Shown here piece after piece: positions 11,801 through 20,540 of a DNA stretch of 64,000 nucleotides. Below the pieces are notes generated by a model that saw only the letters and a program-made list of their open reading frames with translations, was not told where the DNA came from and made no database searches. Origin of the DNA: Epithemia pelagica (lineage: Eukaryota > Protista > Bacillariophyta); NCBI GenBank assembly GCA_946965045.2, contig OX337231.1:2232001-2296000 (forward strand), in the 5' to 3' direction. How positions within the stretch are numbered: position 1 is the stretch's first letter; every line of letters begins with the position of its first letter. Both the position numbers and the translations under genes were made by a program.

Positions 11801-13393
11801 AAGCAAATCGCGACCGATGATGATATCATAGCGACTGTTGGGAGCATCATAGATGTCGACCCATAAGGGATAGGTTACGTGTTTGGTTCGTGAGAACTCT
11901 GGGAGAACAACGTCTTCCAGGAGAATTTCGGACACACCAGAACGAGTTCCCATGGTCGTGTTCACCGACCGGTCGGTAGACCGCGGTATCATGCCTGGTT
12001 GAAGGCAACGTGAATGAAGAATTGTCTTGTCAGCGCCTGAATCGAGCAGGGCACGCAAGGGAAGCGTATTCTCAACACCGCCAATATGGCGAGCCATGAC
12101 GATTGTGAGTGGAACGCATTCAGGCCGAGAAGGCGAATCTAACGAATGAACATCACTAGATGAAGGAAATTGGGAGTAGAACTCATCATAAGACTCTAGG
12201 TTATCCAAGTAACCGTTATTAGGATCAATCACCTCGCTTATAAAAGCGTCATCACGACATAGAGACGCGGGCGTAAGCAGCGAGACCTCCTTGGGTGGAC
12301 AGGTCATAGATGTGGGAAATGTCCATTCCACGCCCATAGATTTTATTGAGCTGGTCGATGACCTCGTTGATGGGTGCATCGGGATGGATTGCGCTGCCGG
12401 CATAGCCGTTGGCGGGCCAGTTTGGATCTGACATTGCTGCGAGAACAAAATGTCCAGGTGATGAGTCTGATCGTCAGGAGACGAGGAAAAGGAAGATGAA
12501 AGGTGAGACGTACCGGGGACCGTCTTTTTAGGATTGCAAAGATTGCTCCACTGCTGGATTCCCTCGGCATCGACAGGAATGGTAGGAACGCATCCTGGAG
12601 GAGGAGCTACGGCAGGAGGATTGGCAGGAACGGCATTCCATCCATTGCCGGCACCAGCAGAGTCAGAGGCGTGTTGATCACTGCCACGACCTGGGGCAGA
12701 AGGACGAGAGCCCCAAGTGGCACGCAGAGGAGCGGAAGAGCCACCACGCGGGTTGTTGTTGCCATTGGAACCGCCACCTTGAGGAGGATTGTTTCCGGCG
12801 TTGCCGCCACTGGTAGAACGGTTAGAACGTTGAACCATGACGTCAAAAAGGCTTTGATTGAAATTGCGACCCGTAGGATTATAAATGCAATCAGCCCAAG
12901 AATGGTTGCGATGAGATTCCATCGTGGTCCGATACGGACAGGGATCAGAGTTGCCATCGGAGGCACCACGATTGTCTCCGGAGGAGTCATTATGGTCGGA
13001 GGAGCCACGGCGATTTCCGCCACGTGAGGAATCACGATTGCCACCGCGGAGTCCACCACGAGATTGGCGAGAGCGCACGCGACGATCGCGATTGCCGCTG
13101 TTGTTGGAGTCGCGAGGACGAGAGCGGTCTTGACGAGACTGCGAACGATTTTGCTGTTGCTCACGTAGGAGGGCCTTTTGCTTGGAGGCGCGCTGGTATC
13201 CGCGCATGGCTTGCAAGAGAGCATCCGTGTCAAAGTGATTGACAATGTCCGGCACCAAGGGATTGGCTTGTTGAAATTCCGTGCGCCATGTAGTCGGCGA
13301 GCCTTGGTAAAAGGCTTGTTTGAGTTCGTCTTCCGTGAGGGGGACGATTGCAGCGTCGGAGCTGAGGTATTTGAGACCGTTTGAAACTTGCAA
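8807..13393 (-). CDS. pol: Gypsy polyprotein: gag C-terminal half, aspartic protease, reverse transcriptase, RNase H, integrase
   Basis: LLDSGAD (protease), VYIDDIG (RT), VYVDASDYQLGAVI (RNase H), H...H...CPTC zinc finger plus DLIG/DQGGEF/CERLH (integrase DDE). No chromodomain at the C-terminus. Confidence 0.95.
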   Translation of the reverse strand: MQVSNGLKYLSSDAAIVPLTEDELKQAFYQGSPTTWRTEFQQANPLVPDIVNHFDTDALLQAMRGYQRASKQKALLREQQQNRSQSRQDRSRPRDSNNSGNRDRRVRSRQSRGGLRGGNRDSSRGGNRRGSSDHNDSSGDNRGASDGNSDPCPYRTTMESHRNHSWADCIYNPTGRNFNQSLFDVMVQRSNRSTSGGNAGNNPPQGGGSNGNNNPRGGSSAPLRATWGSRPSAPGRGSDQHASDSAGAGNGWNAVPANPPAVAPPPGCVPTIPVDAEGIQQWSNLCNPKKTVPGTSHLSSSFSSSPDDQTHHLDILFSQQCQIQTGPPTAMPAAQSIPMHPSTRSSTSSIKSMGVEWTFPTSMTCPPKEVSLLTPASLCRDDAFISEVIDPNNGYLDNLESYDEFYSQFPSSSDVHSLDSPSRPECVPLTIVMARHIGGVENTLPLRALLDSGADKTILHSRCLQPGMIPRSTDRSVNTTMGTRSGVSEILLEDVVLPEFSRTKHVTYPLWVDIYDAPNSRYDIIIGRDLLRRLGVLLDFDRGISSWDSIEVAMRDRDSFATEHEFVSHFIDLFADDDVLGDDYLLDSNYKQADLDELLAQQTHLTPSQQQDLLGVWLKCGRIFDGVLRAYPDKELHLDLMPDAKPAHHRHYAVPRNIHDTFKKELFRFVDIGILERVGSTEWAAPHFAIPKKDGRIRMISDFRSLNAQMYRRVYPFPRIEDILRRRKGYKYFTKLDISMCFHTFKLDEFSSNLCVITTPFGKFRYRRLPMGVKQSPDFCQELMEEVLADFRDHVEVYIDDIGVFSDSWEEHVEILNKVLQRLQDKNFSITPHKCEWAVQETDFLGHWLTPTGLRPWKKKISAILALSPPRTMKELRSFIGMVNFYRHMYPQRSHHLAPLTALTGKKTFEWSPQCQKAFENVKAMLAHDAFIRYPDHNIPFHVYVDASDYQLGAVIMQENIPVVYFSRKLNPAQRNYTTMEKELLSIVETLKEFRSMLLGCAALHIHTDHKNLTFSTLNSQRVLRWRLFLEEYNPIFHYIPGQDNVIADALSRLPLSEEEEKSVPSKVPSDGPLSGPRSLFDHSGKHSVFQVPRAPNDDPRLASRDADSHESPIFMDKELIDVYLNHPAITANQPLPVDYATIFQHQQNDAALMALVQSKPDYYHLQPFPTENPQYNLVCYRQAVNALWRIRIPDSLLAHTVNWYHLVLNHAGSTRLRDTIAMHMTHPQLGLYCDQAVSSCPTCQRSKVVHRHYGELPPREVRGNPWSDIAVDLIGPWTVKVHGMALTFQALTVIDTVTNFCEIIRIYDKTARHVGLQLENSWLSRYPRPVRCLFDQGGEFIGHAFTQVLRNHGIKPVPLTVKNPQSNALCERLHLTIGNSLRAIVNYEPPQNIEQAALMVDTALQTAAYSARTAIHGSLKHSPGSLAFHRDMLFDIPILADMELIRQKRQIIVDERGRLANRSRVFHDYKIGDRVLIRATNPDKLALRTSPNPFTITRVHSNGTVTIQRGPHVTERINIRRLIPYRV

Positions 13394-13872
13394 AGGGACT
13401 GCAGATGCGAGTCCACTGTCATGTCTGAGGGCTTCCGAGGCCCAGAAAGAAGGAAGGTGCGGAAAGCACTAACTTCACTGACAAGGACAAGGGGGGCGAA
13501 GACCGCAGCAATCAAACGTTGGAAGCAGGCTTTATCGAGATTGGTGCCTGGAGGCAAACCGTTGTAGGCTTCGAGAAAAGGATCGGCGATAGCGCTGGTG
13601 ACCGAGCGAGGGAAATACTCGCAACAAGCGGCGAAGGGATCCGGATGACCGGAGATGCGGATCTTGTCCACGAAGTGGAGGACCCAAAGAAAGAGATCGC
13701 GAGGATCTTCATCCGTCGACTCCCGAAATGGGAGGAGGTTGGCGTAATACTTGTCGTCGTCATCTTTGAGCTTGAGAGAGGAAAAGGAATCGGAGGACAG
13801 AGCCTCATCAACGCGACGTTGGAAGCGGAGTGCATCGACAAGGGTAATGAACCCATTGGTGTTGTCTGCCAT
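13394..13872 (-). CDS. gag: Gypsy gag N-terminal half, out of frame by -1 relative to the rest of gag-pol
   Basis: ATG at 13872 (MADNTNGF...). The gag-like KPSDMTVDSHLQ segment continues logically as LQVSNGLKYLSS..PLTEDELK in the pol frame. Adding one nt near 13392-13397 gives a single 1688-aa ORF. Confidence 0.8.
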
Positions 13873-14010
13873 GATGGAAAGATGCAGTGGTGAGAAAAAT
13901 GAAAGGAAAGGAATCAAAGGACGGGCAAAAGGAATTGCACAAAGGTCGGCCGCCGGAGGCGTGTTATGGTGAAGAAGGAAAAACAAGGGCGTTGAGGAAT
14001 CTGATCAGAG

Positions 14011-14214
14011 TGCCACACCCATGCATAATGGTAGGACGTAAAAATTATGATCTTTAGGAATTAGGCTAGGAAAGTGAGCGATGGCCAGAGAAGCCATCTG
14101 CACACGGAACAAGGACGGACTGAATTCTGAGAACGTCGGTGTCAAAGATTCAACTAGGGACCTATCGAGTCATGTTTACGTGGAGTCGTGGCGGGACAGA
14201 GTCCGGGTACCGCA
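14011..14214 (-). repeat. 5' LTR of the Gypsy element (204 bp)
   Basis: Direct repeat of 8516-8719, flanked by the ATTGG duplication. Confidence 0.97.
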
Positions 14215-14649
14215 ATTGGACAGTACTACTTCTTCTTACAGCCCGATCCCGAAAGCGAATACGAGTACTCCTAATCGTAGTCGTAGTGTACTAGTAGGCT
14301 TCGTACCCTATCACATTTCACATGCGCTATCCTTCATAAATGGTAGGGAGTGCTGTTAGTCTTGAAAATCAATTATGGAGGACATAAGAACTGGGAATGG
14401 TAGACGGCCACTATGACCAGAGTTGTATCGGGTTGAGAATACCTATCAATATTGCCCAAAAATGTCGCTACCATTATCTATTGTATAGTATTTAAAAGAG
14501 ACGACACGAAAGAGGACTCTCCGCTCAGTCCCGAGACCGCCGCTCCCTAATTGTTCAGAAGCCCAACAAACAATCCTTACATCCGTGACACCGCAAAACG
14601 CGCAAAGCCTCTTCAAGAATATACCAATCTCCATCCGTCTTCACAAACC

Positions 14650-17380
14650 ATGGTGCTTCGTCAAGAACCACCGCCTCTGGAGCGGGAAGGAGCCTCCCGA
14701 AAAAGTTTTTCCTTGGATTTAAACTCGGATGTCTCCTTTATCGATGAGGAATCGCAAGCGGGCTCCAAGAGCAAATATGATCCACCCAAGGATGCCGCCG
14801 CCGACGACGTGGCGCTCGACGAAGTACGGGCCATGGCCAAACATGAGACGCAGGGAGTGCGCTTGTGGAAGATTGTCGTTCTGCTTCTCATGAGTGCCAC
14901 GGCCGCAGTGGTTTCGGCGGGGACCTATATTTTTCTCCGCGCCGAAGAAGACGATGATTACATTGAAAGTGTACGTTTTTTGGACAAGGAGAGAATCTTG
15001 GTGGATTCGAACAGGGCCTCACGGGTGATGTGATACTGTCTCTTTTTGTTCTCCTTGTTACTCCCTCTTTCTTGTTTGTTCAGTACAATCTCTTTTCCAA
15101 ATCAATGCAAATTGCGATTGAAGATCATGCCAATAGTATATTTTTGGCCTTGCGCAGTTGTTCCAAAATCATAACCTCCGACGCCATTGCACGAGGATCC
15201 GAATTTCCCTTTCATACCGTGGCCAATTTTGAAGTCATTGGGGAATCCATACGAAAACAATCTGGATTGGAATTGTTTGGCTATCTACCCTTTGTCGAAC
15301 CCGAACAAATGATGGAATGGATGCAATATTCCTGGCTCAATCAGGCATGGTTGAACCAGAGTCGACAAACGGCCATTGACGCGGGGAAAGTCAATATTGT
15401 CAACAATGACTACTTGGAGGGCAACATTTCGCAAGTCATTTATGACTTTGGTGGCCCGAACTTGACGGCTCGCATGGCTCCGCCCAGTGCCAATCCCTTT
15501 ACACCCGTCTGGCAAGTGTCACCGCCGCCCTTTGATCCCAAAATTGTCAATTTCAATTTTGTCTTTTATGACTTTTTGGATGTGGCCGTCCAAGTCATGC
15601 GGCAAACCAAACGAGGGCATTTTACACGGATTTTGGCGTCGGGTGAAATCGGGAGACTGGCCCGGAATAGTGTCAGTTCGGCCGATCACGATGCCTACCA
15701 TAAGCAATTTGTCGATTGGGATGAATCCAAGGGAGACGCCTATTGTGAGTGCTGGTGTTGTCATGAAATCGTTTCTCGTTACCAATTGCCTTTCCTCATG
15801 GTACTGTTCCCTCCTTTTCATTTTCGTTTTCGTTTTCGCAGTGAATCCACATGGCTCGTACGTCGAACCGATATTTAATGAGACTCACAACAACCAATCC
15901 AAGCTGGTCGGATGCCTGGTTGCGTTTGTTCCATGGGATGCCTATGTAAGTTCTTTGGTTTGCCAGTGAAACTAAATGACAGGACATCTGACCCATTTCT
16001 TACACATTTCCATACCCTTAGCTTGCAAATCTGTTGCCCGATGGTGTGGATGGTGTTACTGTCGTTTTGGAAAACTCGTGTGGTCAGTCTGCGACGTACG
16101 AGGTCCACGGCAAACGGGTACGTTCGTTCGAGCTACAATGCCATATGTGTTGAGAATGCATAGTGTATAAATACTCAATCTTTTACTTCCAGGCTCGCTT
16201 TTTGGATCGGCAAGATCTCCACGATCCCAACTATGATTCGACAGAGTTGATTGTGTCTTTCGACAAAGCCGGTCTGGTCCAGGAAGATGCCGTAGAGGGC
16301 GAGTGTATCCATACCTTCCACATTTACTCCAGTTCCACCTTTGAGGAGGCCTATCGGTCCAACCTACCAGAAGTGCTAACAGGTGTTGTCGCTGGAGCAT
16401 TCTTTGTTTTAATTGCTGCCTTCTTTATGTATGACTGGTTTGTCAATCAACGAAATCGCAAAGTAACAACTCTCGCCGCCAGGGCCAATGAAGTTGTGTC
16501 CTCCCTGTTCCCGACTCCCGTGCGGGACCGATTCATGGCGGAATGCAATACCAATAAGGGGGACAAGGGGAACAATGTCTTTCGGGGAACGGTGGACCAG
16601 CGTCTCAAGGAATTTCTATCCGAGGCCGAGGTTGCACATAGTGACCGCGATGACTTTATGTACAAGAGCAAGCCCATTGCGGACCTGTATCCCGAAACAA
16701 CCATTATGTTTGCCGATATTGCTGGATTCACGGCCTGGAGCTCCACCAGAGACCCCACACAGGTTTTCACCTTGTTGGAAACTCTTTACGGAGCCTTTGA
16801 TGCTGTTGCCAAGAGAAGAGGTGTATTCAAGGTGGAAACCATTGGAGATTGCTATGTGGCTGTTGCGGGACTCCCGGAAGAGAATCCAGATCACGCCGTT
16901 GTCATGTGTCGATTTGCCTATGAATGTCTCAAGAAAATGCACTCATTGACACGGAAATTGGAGAGTTTTCTCGGTCCTGACACGGGAGAACTTGGTTTGC
17001 GCGTTGGCTTGCATTCCGGGAGTGTTACCGCGGGTGTTTTGCGGGGAGAGAGGTCTCGGTTCCAGCTGTTTGGAGACACAATGAACACCGCGTCTCGTAT
17101 GGAGAGGTAAGGATACCAAACGTTCATGATTATGTTTTTTGAAGGTGGACTCTCACCCGTTCCTTCCACAATGCGTAGTTCCGGCGAGCATGGAAAGATT
17201 CATGTTTCTGAGGATACCGCTGATATATTGAATGCCGTCGGTAAAGGTCATTGGGTAACTCAACGCGAAGGCAAAGTTTTTGCAAAAGGCAAGGGAACAA
17301 TGACAACCTACTGGGTCAAGCCGGGGTCTTCCAAACCCTCTGGGACTGACTTTAGTGCTGATCGAAGCAGTTTCTTCTAG
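14650..17380 (+). CDS. Membrane-anchored class III nucleotidyl (adenylate/guanylate) cyclase, ~765 aa, 6 exons
   Basis: Exons 14650-14970, 15084-15744, 15842-15945, 16022-16117, 16193-17106, 17179-17380, all GT-AG and in frame. Two hydrophobic segments; cyclase motifs IMFADIAGFTAWSS, FKVETIGDCYVAV, RFQLFGDTMNTASRMES, KGKGTMTTYW. Confidence 0.88.
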
Positions 17381-18569
17381 TACTCTGCCAACGGAGACGA
17401 ATCGGATCATACTGGTTTTGACCCGAATGAAGAAGTGAAGAATCACCCCGAAGCTACCATCCGTCTTGTTGAATGGAACATGGATAACATCCTCCATTTG
17501 CTGACTGAAATCGATTTGGTTCGCAACACGAGCGTAGCCACACTTTGGACTCCGGACGACACCAAGCAAGACATTCCCTTTTTGTTGAACGAAAACATTG
17601 AAAACGTCAAGAGTGAACTTGAAATCTTCATGTCGGACATTGCGTCCTTTTATGGCGACCTGCCGTTTCACTGCTTTCCTCGGGCTTCGCATGTGGCCAT
17701 GAGCGTCATGACTTCTTTCCAGCCTGGCATCTCACGTGAGCACATCGTCGCTCGACGCATTTGCATTACCTCCCGTTGGCGCGGCACATACCTTGCACGC
17801 CAACCCACTTTCCAAGCTTGCCTGCGTTTTGGCGGCGGTGGTTCATAGTGTCGAACATTCCGAGAGCGCCTCCAAATAGCCAAAAGGGGCAGCCCGAAAG
17901 TCCTTTGAGCGAACGTGGAAACTCTTGAAAGAAGACAGGTTCGAAACGTTGAGAGATGCCATGTTTCAAAATCCTGCCGACGAACAAAGGTTCCGTGACG
18001 AGCTTCTCCTTTGTATCATGGCAACGGACATTGATGATGAGGAGCGGATAAAAAGTATGCAGCAACGCTTGGAAATTGTCTTTGTAGGGGCCGTGTCCAA
18101 AGAAGAAGCACTCCAAGATCTCAATGACCGAAAAGCACTGGTCCTCATGGAATGCATTCTGCAAGCATCCAGTATTTTCCACGCGACTCAGTATTGGGAT
18201 GTGTATACCAAATGGAACAGTCGTCTATTTGAAGAGTTTTATAAGGCCTACGAAAAAGGGAGTTCCAAGGAAAACCCGGCGGATCACTGGTATCAATGGC
18301 AACTGCGACTCTTTGACGACTTTGCCATTCCCCTCTCCAAAAGATTGTGCGAGAGCAGAGCGTTCCACAAGGCTACCATTGAATCGTACTACAACTATGC
18401 GTACCAGAACCGACGAGAATGGGAGGAGAAGGGAACTATACTGGTGGTCCAAATGACGGAGATGGCGATTGCCGAGCGAGTCCAGGGGGGCAAAACAGCC
18501 ACCGACTATGAAGATACGGAGGCCGAGAATGTGAACCATCTGTTGAAAGATTCCCTTCATTCCGCATAA
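17381..18569 (+). pseudogene. Degenerate cyclic-nucleotide phosphodiesterase domain downstream of the cyclase stop
   Basis: Starts in the cyclase frame after TAG 17378-17380. PDE-like blocks (IRLVEWN, PFHCFPRASHV, ACVLAAVVHS, ATDI, QASSI..W..W) are interrupted by a frameshift near 17711 and an in-frame TAG at 17877-17879. Confidence 0.8.
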
Positions 18570-18725
18570 GGTTGCTTCATAAGAAGAAGAAGGGGGAAAT
18601 CATATATCCGTCCCAGAATGAATGTGCACGACAAACATGTGTGTGCCATGTTTGTTAAACTAGGAACGGGGTTTTGTCACACGCCTGGAGTGTCGTGTCG
18701 TACGTGCGCGACACAGGCTCACCCC

Positions 18726-19940
18726 TCAAGTCACTTTTTTTTTCTTCTTTGCCGGTTCCTTGGAACTGGCGAGGGCTTCCTGCTCCTCATCTTCTTTGGC
18801 CAATTCCATACCGACTCCCATTAGTAAGGTAGAGGCAAAGCAAATGTTTTCCTTTTCTTCCGCAATATCCACGGTAGAATCGTTGGCGGCGACCATTTGA
18901 CCCATCAACAAGACTGTTTCTTGAAGTTCATCCTTGGCCTTGTCGTAATAGCCCCGTGCAAAGTCGAGTCGTTCACTGGCCTTGCACAAGAGACTACCAG
19001 TTTCGGACGTGATAATGTCGACCGCGGGGGGACAGGCCAAAAACTGTTCGGCCATCAAGACATAGGTCTCCACAATTCGCCGCCGACAGACCAATTGCCT
19101 CAGTTTGTGCTGGGCCGAGGAGTCTGTGCGGGCGACCACGACCAGTCGTTCCCACTCGTCGTGCCGCTGCTGGACGGCACGGGAATAGGCGTCGGCCGCA
19201 TCGGCCGGTCGTCCCAGGGCGGACAGAACGTCCCCAATACCCGTCAAGTATCGTGGAAATTGTTCCGTGGCCCATTCGAGGTAGCGCTGAGATGACGACG
19301 ATGACGATGAACAAGACGACAAGTACTGGTCCAAAATGGACCATGCGGTCTCCATGTTTTCCAGTGCTAGTTGCATGTCACTCTGTTCGTTGTCCTCTTC
19401 CTCCTCCTCGGCCGTATCGACTTTCTTGGTTTCGCTCGGTTGGCTGCTTACATCAGTCGAAGGCGTTTCATCGGCTTTGACTTTGACGTCCAAACTGATT
19501 TTGTCCGCGTCTTTTGGAAACGGTTTGTCGTCTTCCTTTGGACTCGTCTCTTCGGATTTGACAGGCTTGAGGGGCGAACCATATCGTTTCTCGGCGGCAT
19601 CGGCCGCAGCCTTTCGTTTCCAATGTTGATCTTGTTCCTGTTGTTTGGTTTCGGCACCAGACGACGACTTGGGGTCCACATCATCTTCATCTTCTTCTTT
19701 TTGTGCTGCGTCGTCGTTTGCGGCAACGTCTCCCAAACTTCGAAACACGGCGTTGCCGTATTCGTAATAGGCGGCGGCGCATTCAATATCATCGTCCGGG
19801 TACGAGGCACGACATCCCTCCAAAAGAGCCACAAACGTACTGGTTGCTTCCGAGGAATGACCCGTCGTGACCAGGGCTCGTCCCGCACGAAATCGGGCAT
19901 CTTGGACCACCACTGGAACCAACATGGTGGTGGGAGACAT
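18726..19940 (-). CDS. NASP/Hif1-like histone chaperone (SHNi-TPR)
   Basis: TPR-like helices (AAAYYEYGNAVF; DMQLALENMETAWSIL; RPADAADAYSRAV) interrupted by acidic tracts, with a basic C-terminal tail (PAKKKKKVT). Confidence 0.7.
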   Translation of the reverse strand: MSPTTMLVPVVVQDARFRAGRALVTTGHSSEATSTFVALLEGCRASYPDDDIECAAAYYEYGNAVFRSLGDVAANDDAAQKEEDEDDVDPKSSSGAETKQQEQDQHWKRKAAADAAEKRYGSPLKPVKSEETSPKEDDKPFPKDADKISLDVKVKADETPSTDVSSQPSETKKVDTAEEEEEDNEQSDMQLALENMETAWSILDQYLSSCSSSSSSSQRYLEWATEQFPRYLTGIGDVLSALGRPADAADAYSRAVQQRHDEWERLVVVARTDSSAQHKLRQLVCRRRIVETYVLMAEQFLACPPAVDIITSETGSLLCKASERLDFARGYYDKAKDELQETVLLMGQMVAANDSTVDIAEEKENICFASTLLMGVGMELAKEDEEQEALASSKEPAKKKKKVT

Positions 19941-20540
19941 TCTTGATTGGAGAGTGATCTGTTGCTTCTCTTGGGGAGCGACGCGGCAATCTCTTTGGCA
20001 AAAGCGGAATGAGGATGTCGAGCGACGATCCGATGGCACGAATTTTTTGCGCGGTCGAAAAGTTGCCCATCCGGGTCTCCGCGCGCGGATGGAGAACTAC
20101 AATACTACGCGCAGTGATGGAATGAGTTTTACTATAGCATAGAATGTACTACGAGCGCGCCACTGCATCAGTGACGCTTGCGCTCCTCCGTCGGTCGACG
20201 CACCACTTTTTCAAAGACAGGACACAACTCATCTCTTCTTCAAGACTCGACCATGTGAAACTCATCTTTGGAGACACCATCCAACCGAACCACGATGAGT
20301 TTGAACACCAGACTTGGACGGGAGGTCATCCTCCAAATGTTCCCTGCTCCATGTTCTCATAAAAAAAAGACTTGCAAGTTTACAAGTCTACGAGAGAGAG
20401 AGAGAGAGCAAGCGAACGAGACCAGCAGCACCCGACGACCGAGAAGAGTCCAACGAAACCGAAGTAAGACTTGTGTGTGCCAGTACATTCCTTGATTGAT
20501 CTTTGTACGTTGTTGGATTGATTGATCGATTGATTTGGCC

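Larger units (their letters stand above)
8516..14214 (-). mobile_element. Full-length Ty3/Gypsy LTR retrotransposon (5.7 kb)
   Basis: Two 204-bp LTRs with TG...CA ends; 5-bp target-site duplication ATTGG at 8511-8515 and 14215-14219; polypurine tract next to the 3' LTR; domain order gag-PR-RT-RH-IN. Confidence 0.97.

Noticed and set aside
8693-13384. Many plus-strand ORFs inside the Gypsy element (e.g. 8693-9250, 10958-11572, 12503-13027)
   Set aside because: Antisense shadows of pol and gag with no env-like or other recognisable features.
12607-13393. Hydrophobic 260-aa extension of the gag ORF as an env-like or membrane protein
   Set aside because: Its V/A/T/I composition is the expected off-frame reading of the R/G/S/N-rich gag tract, which has few codons able to create stops.
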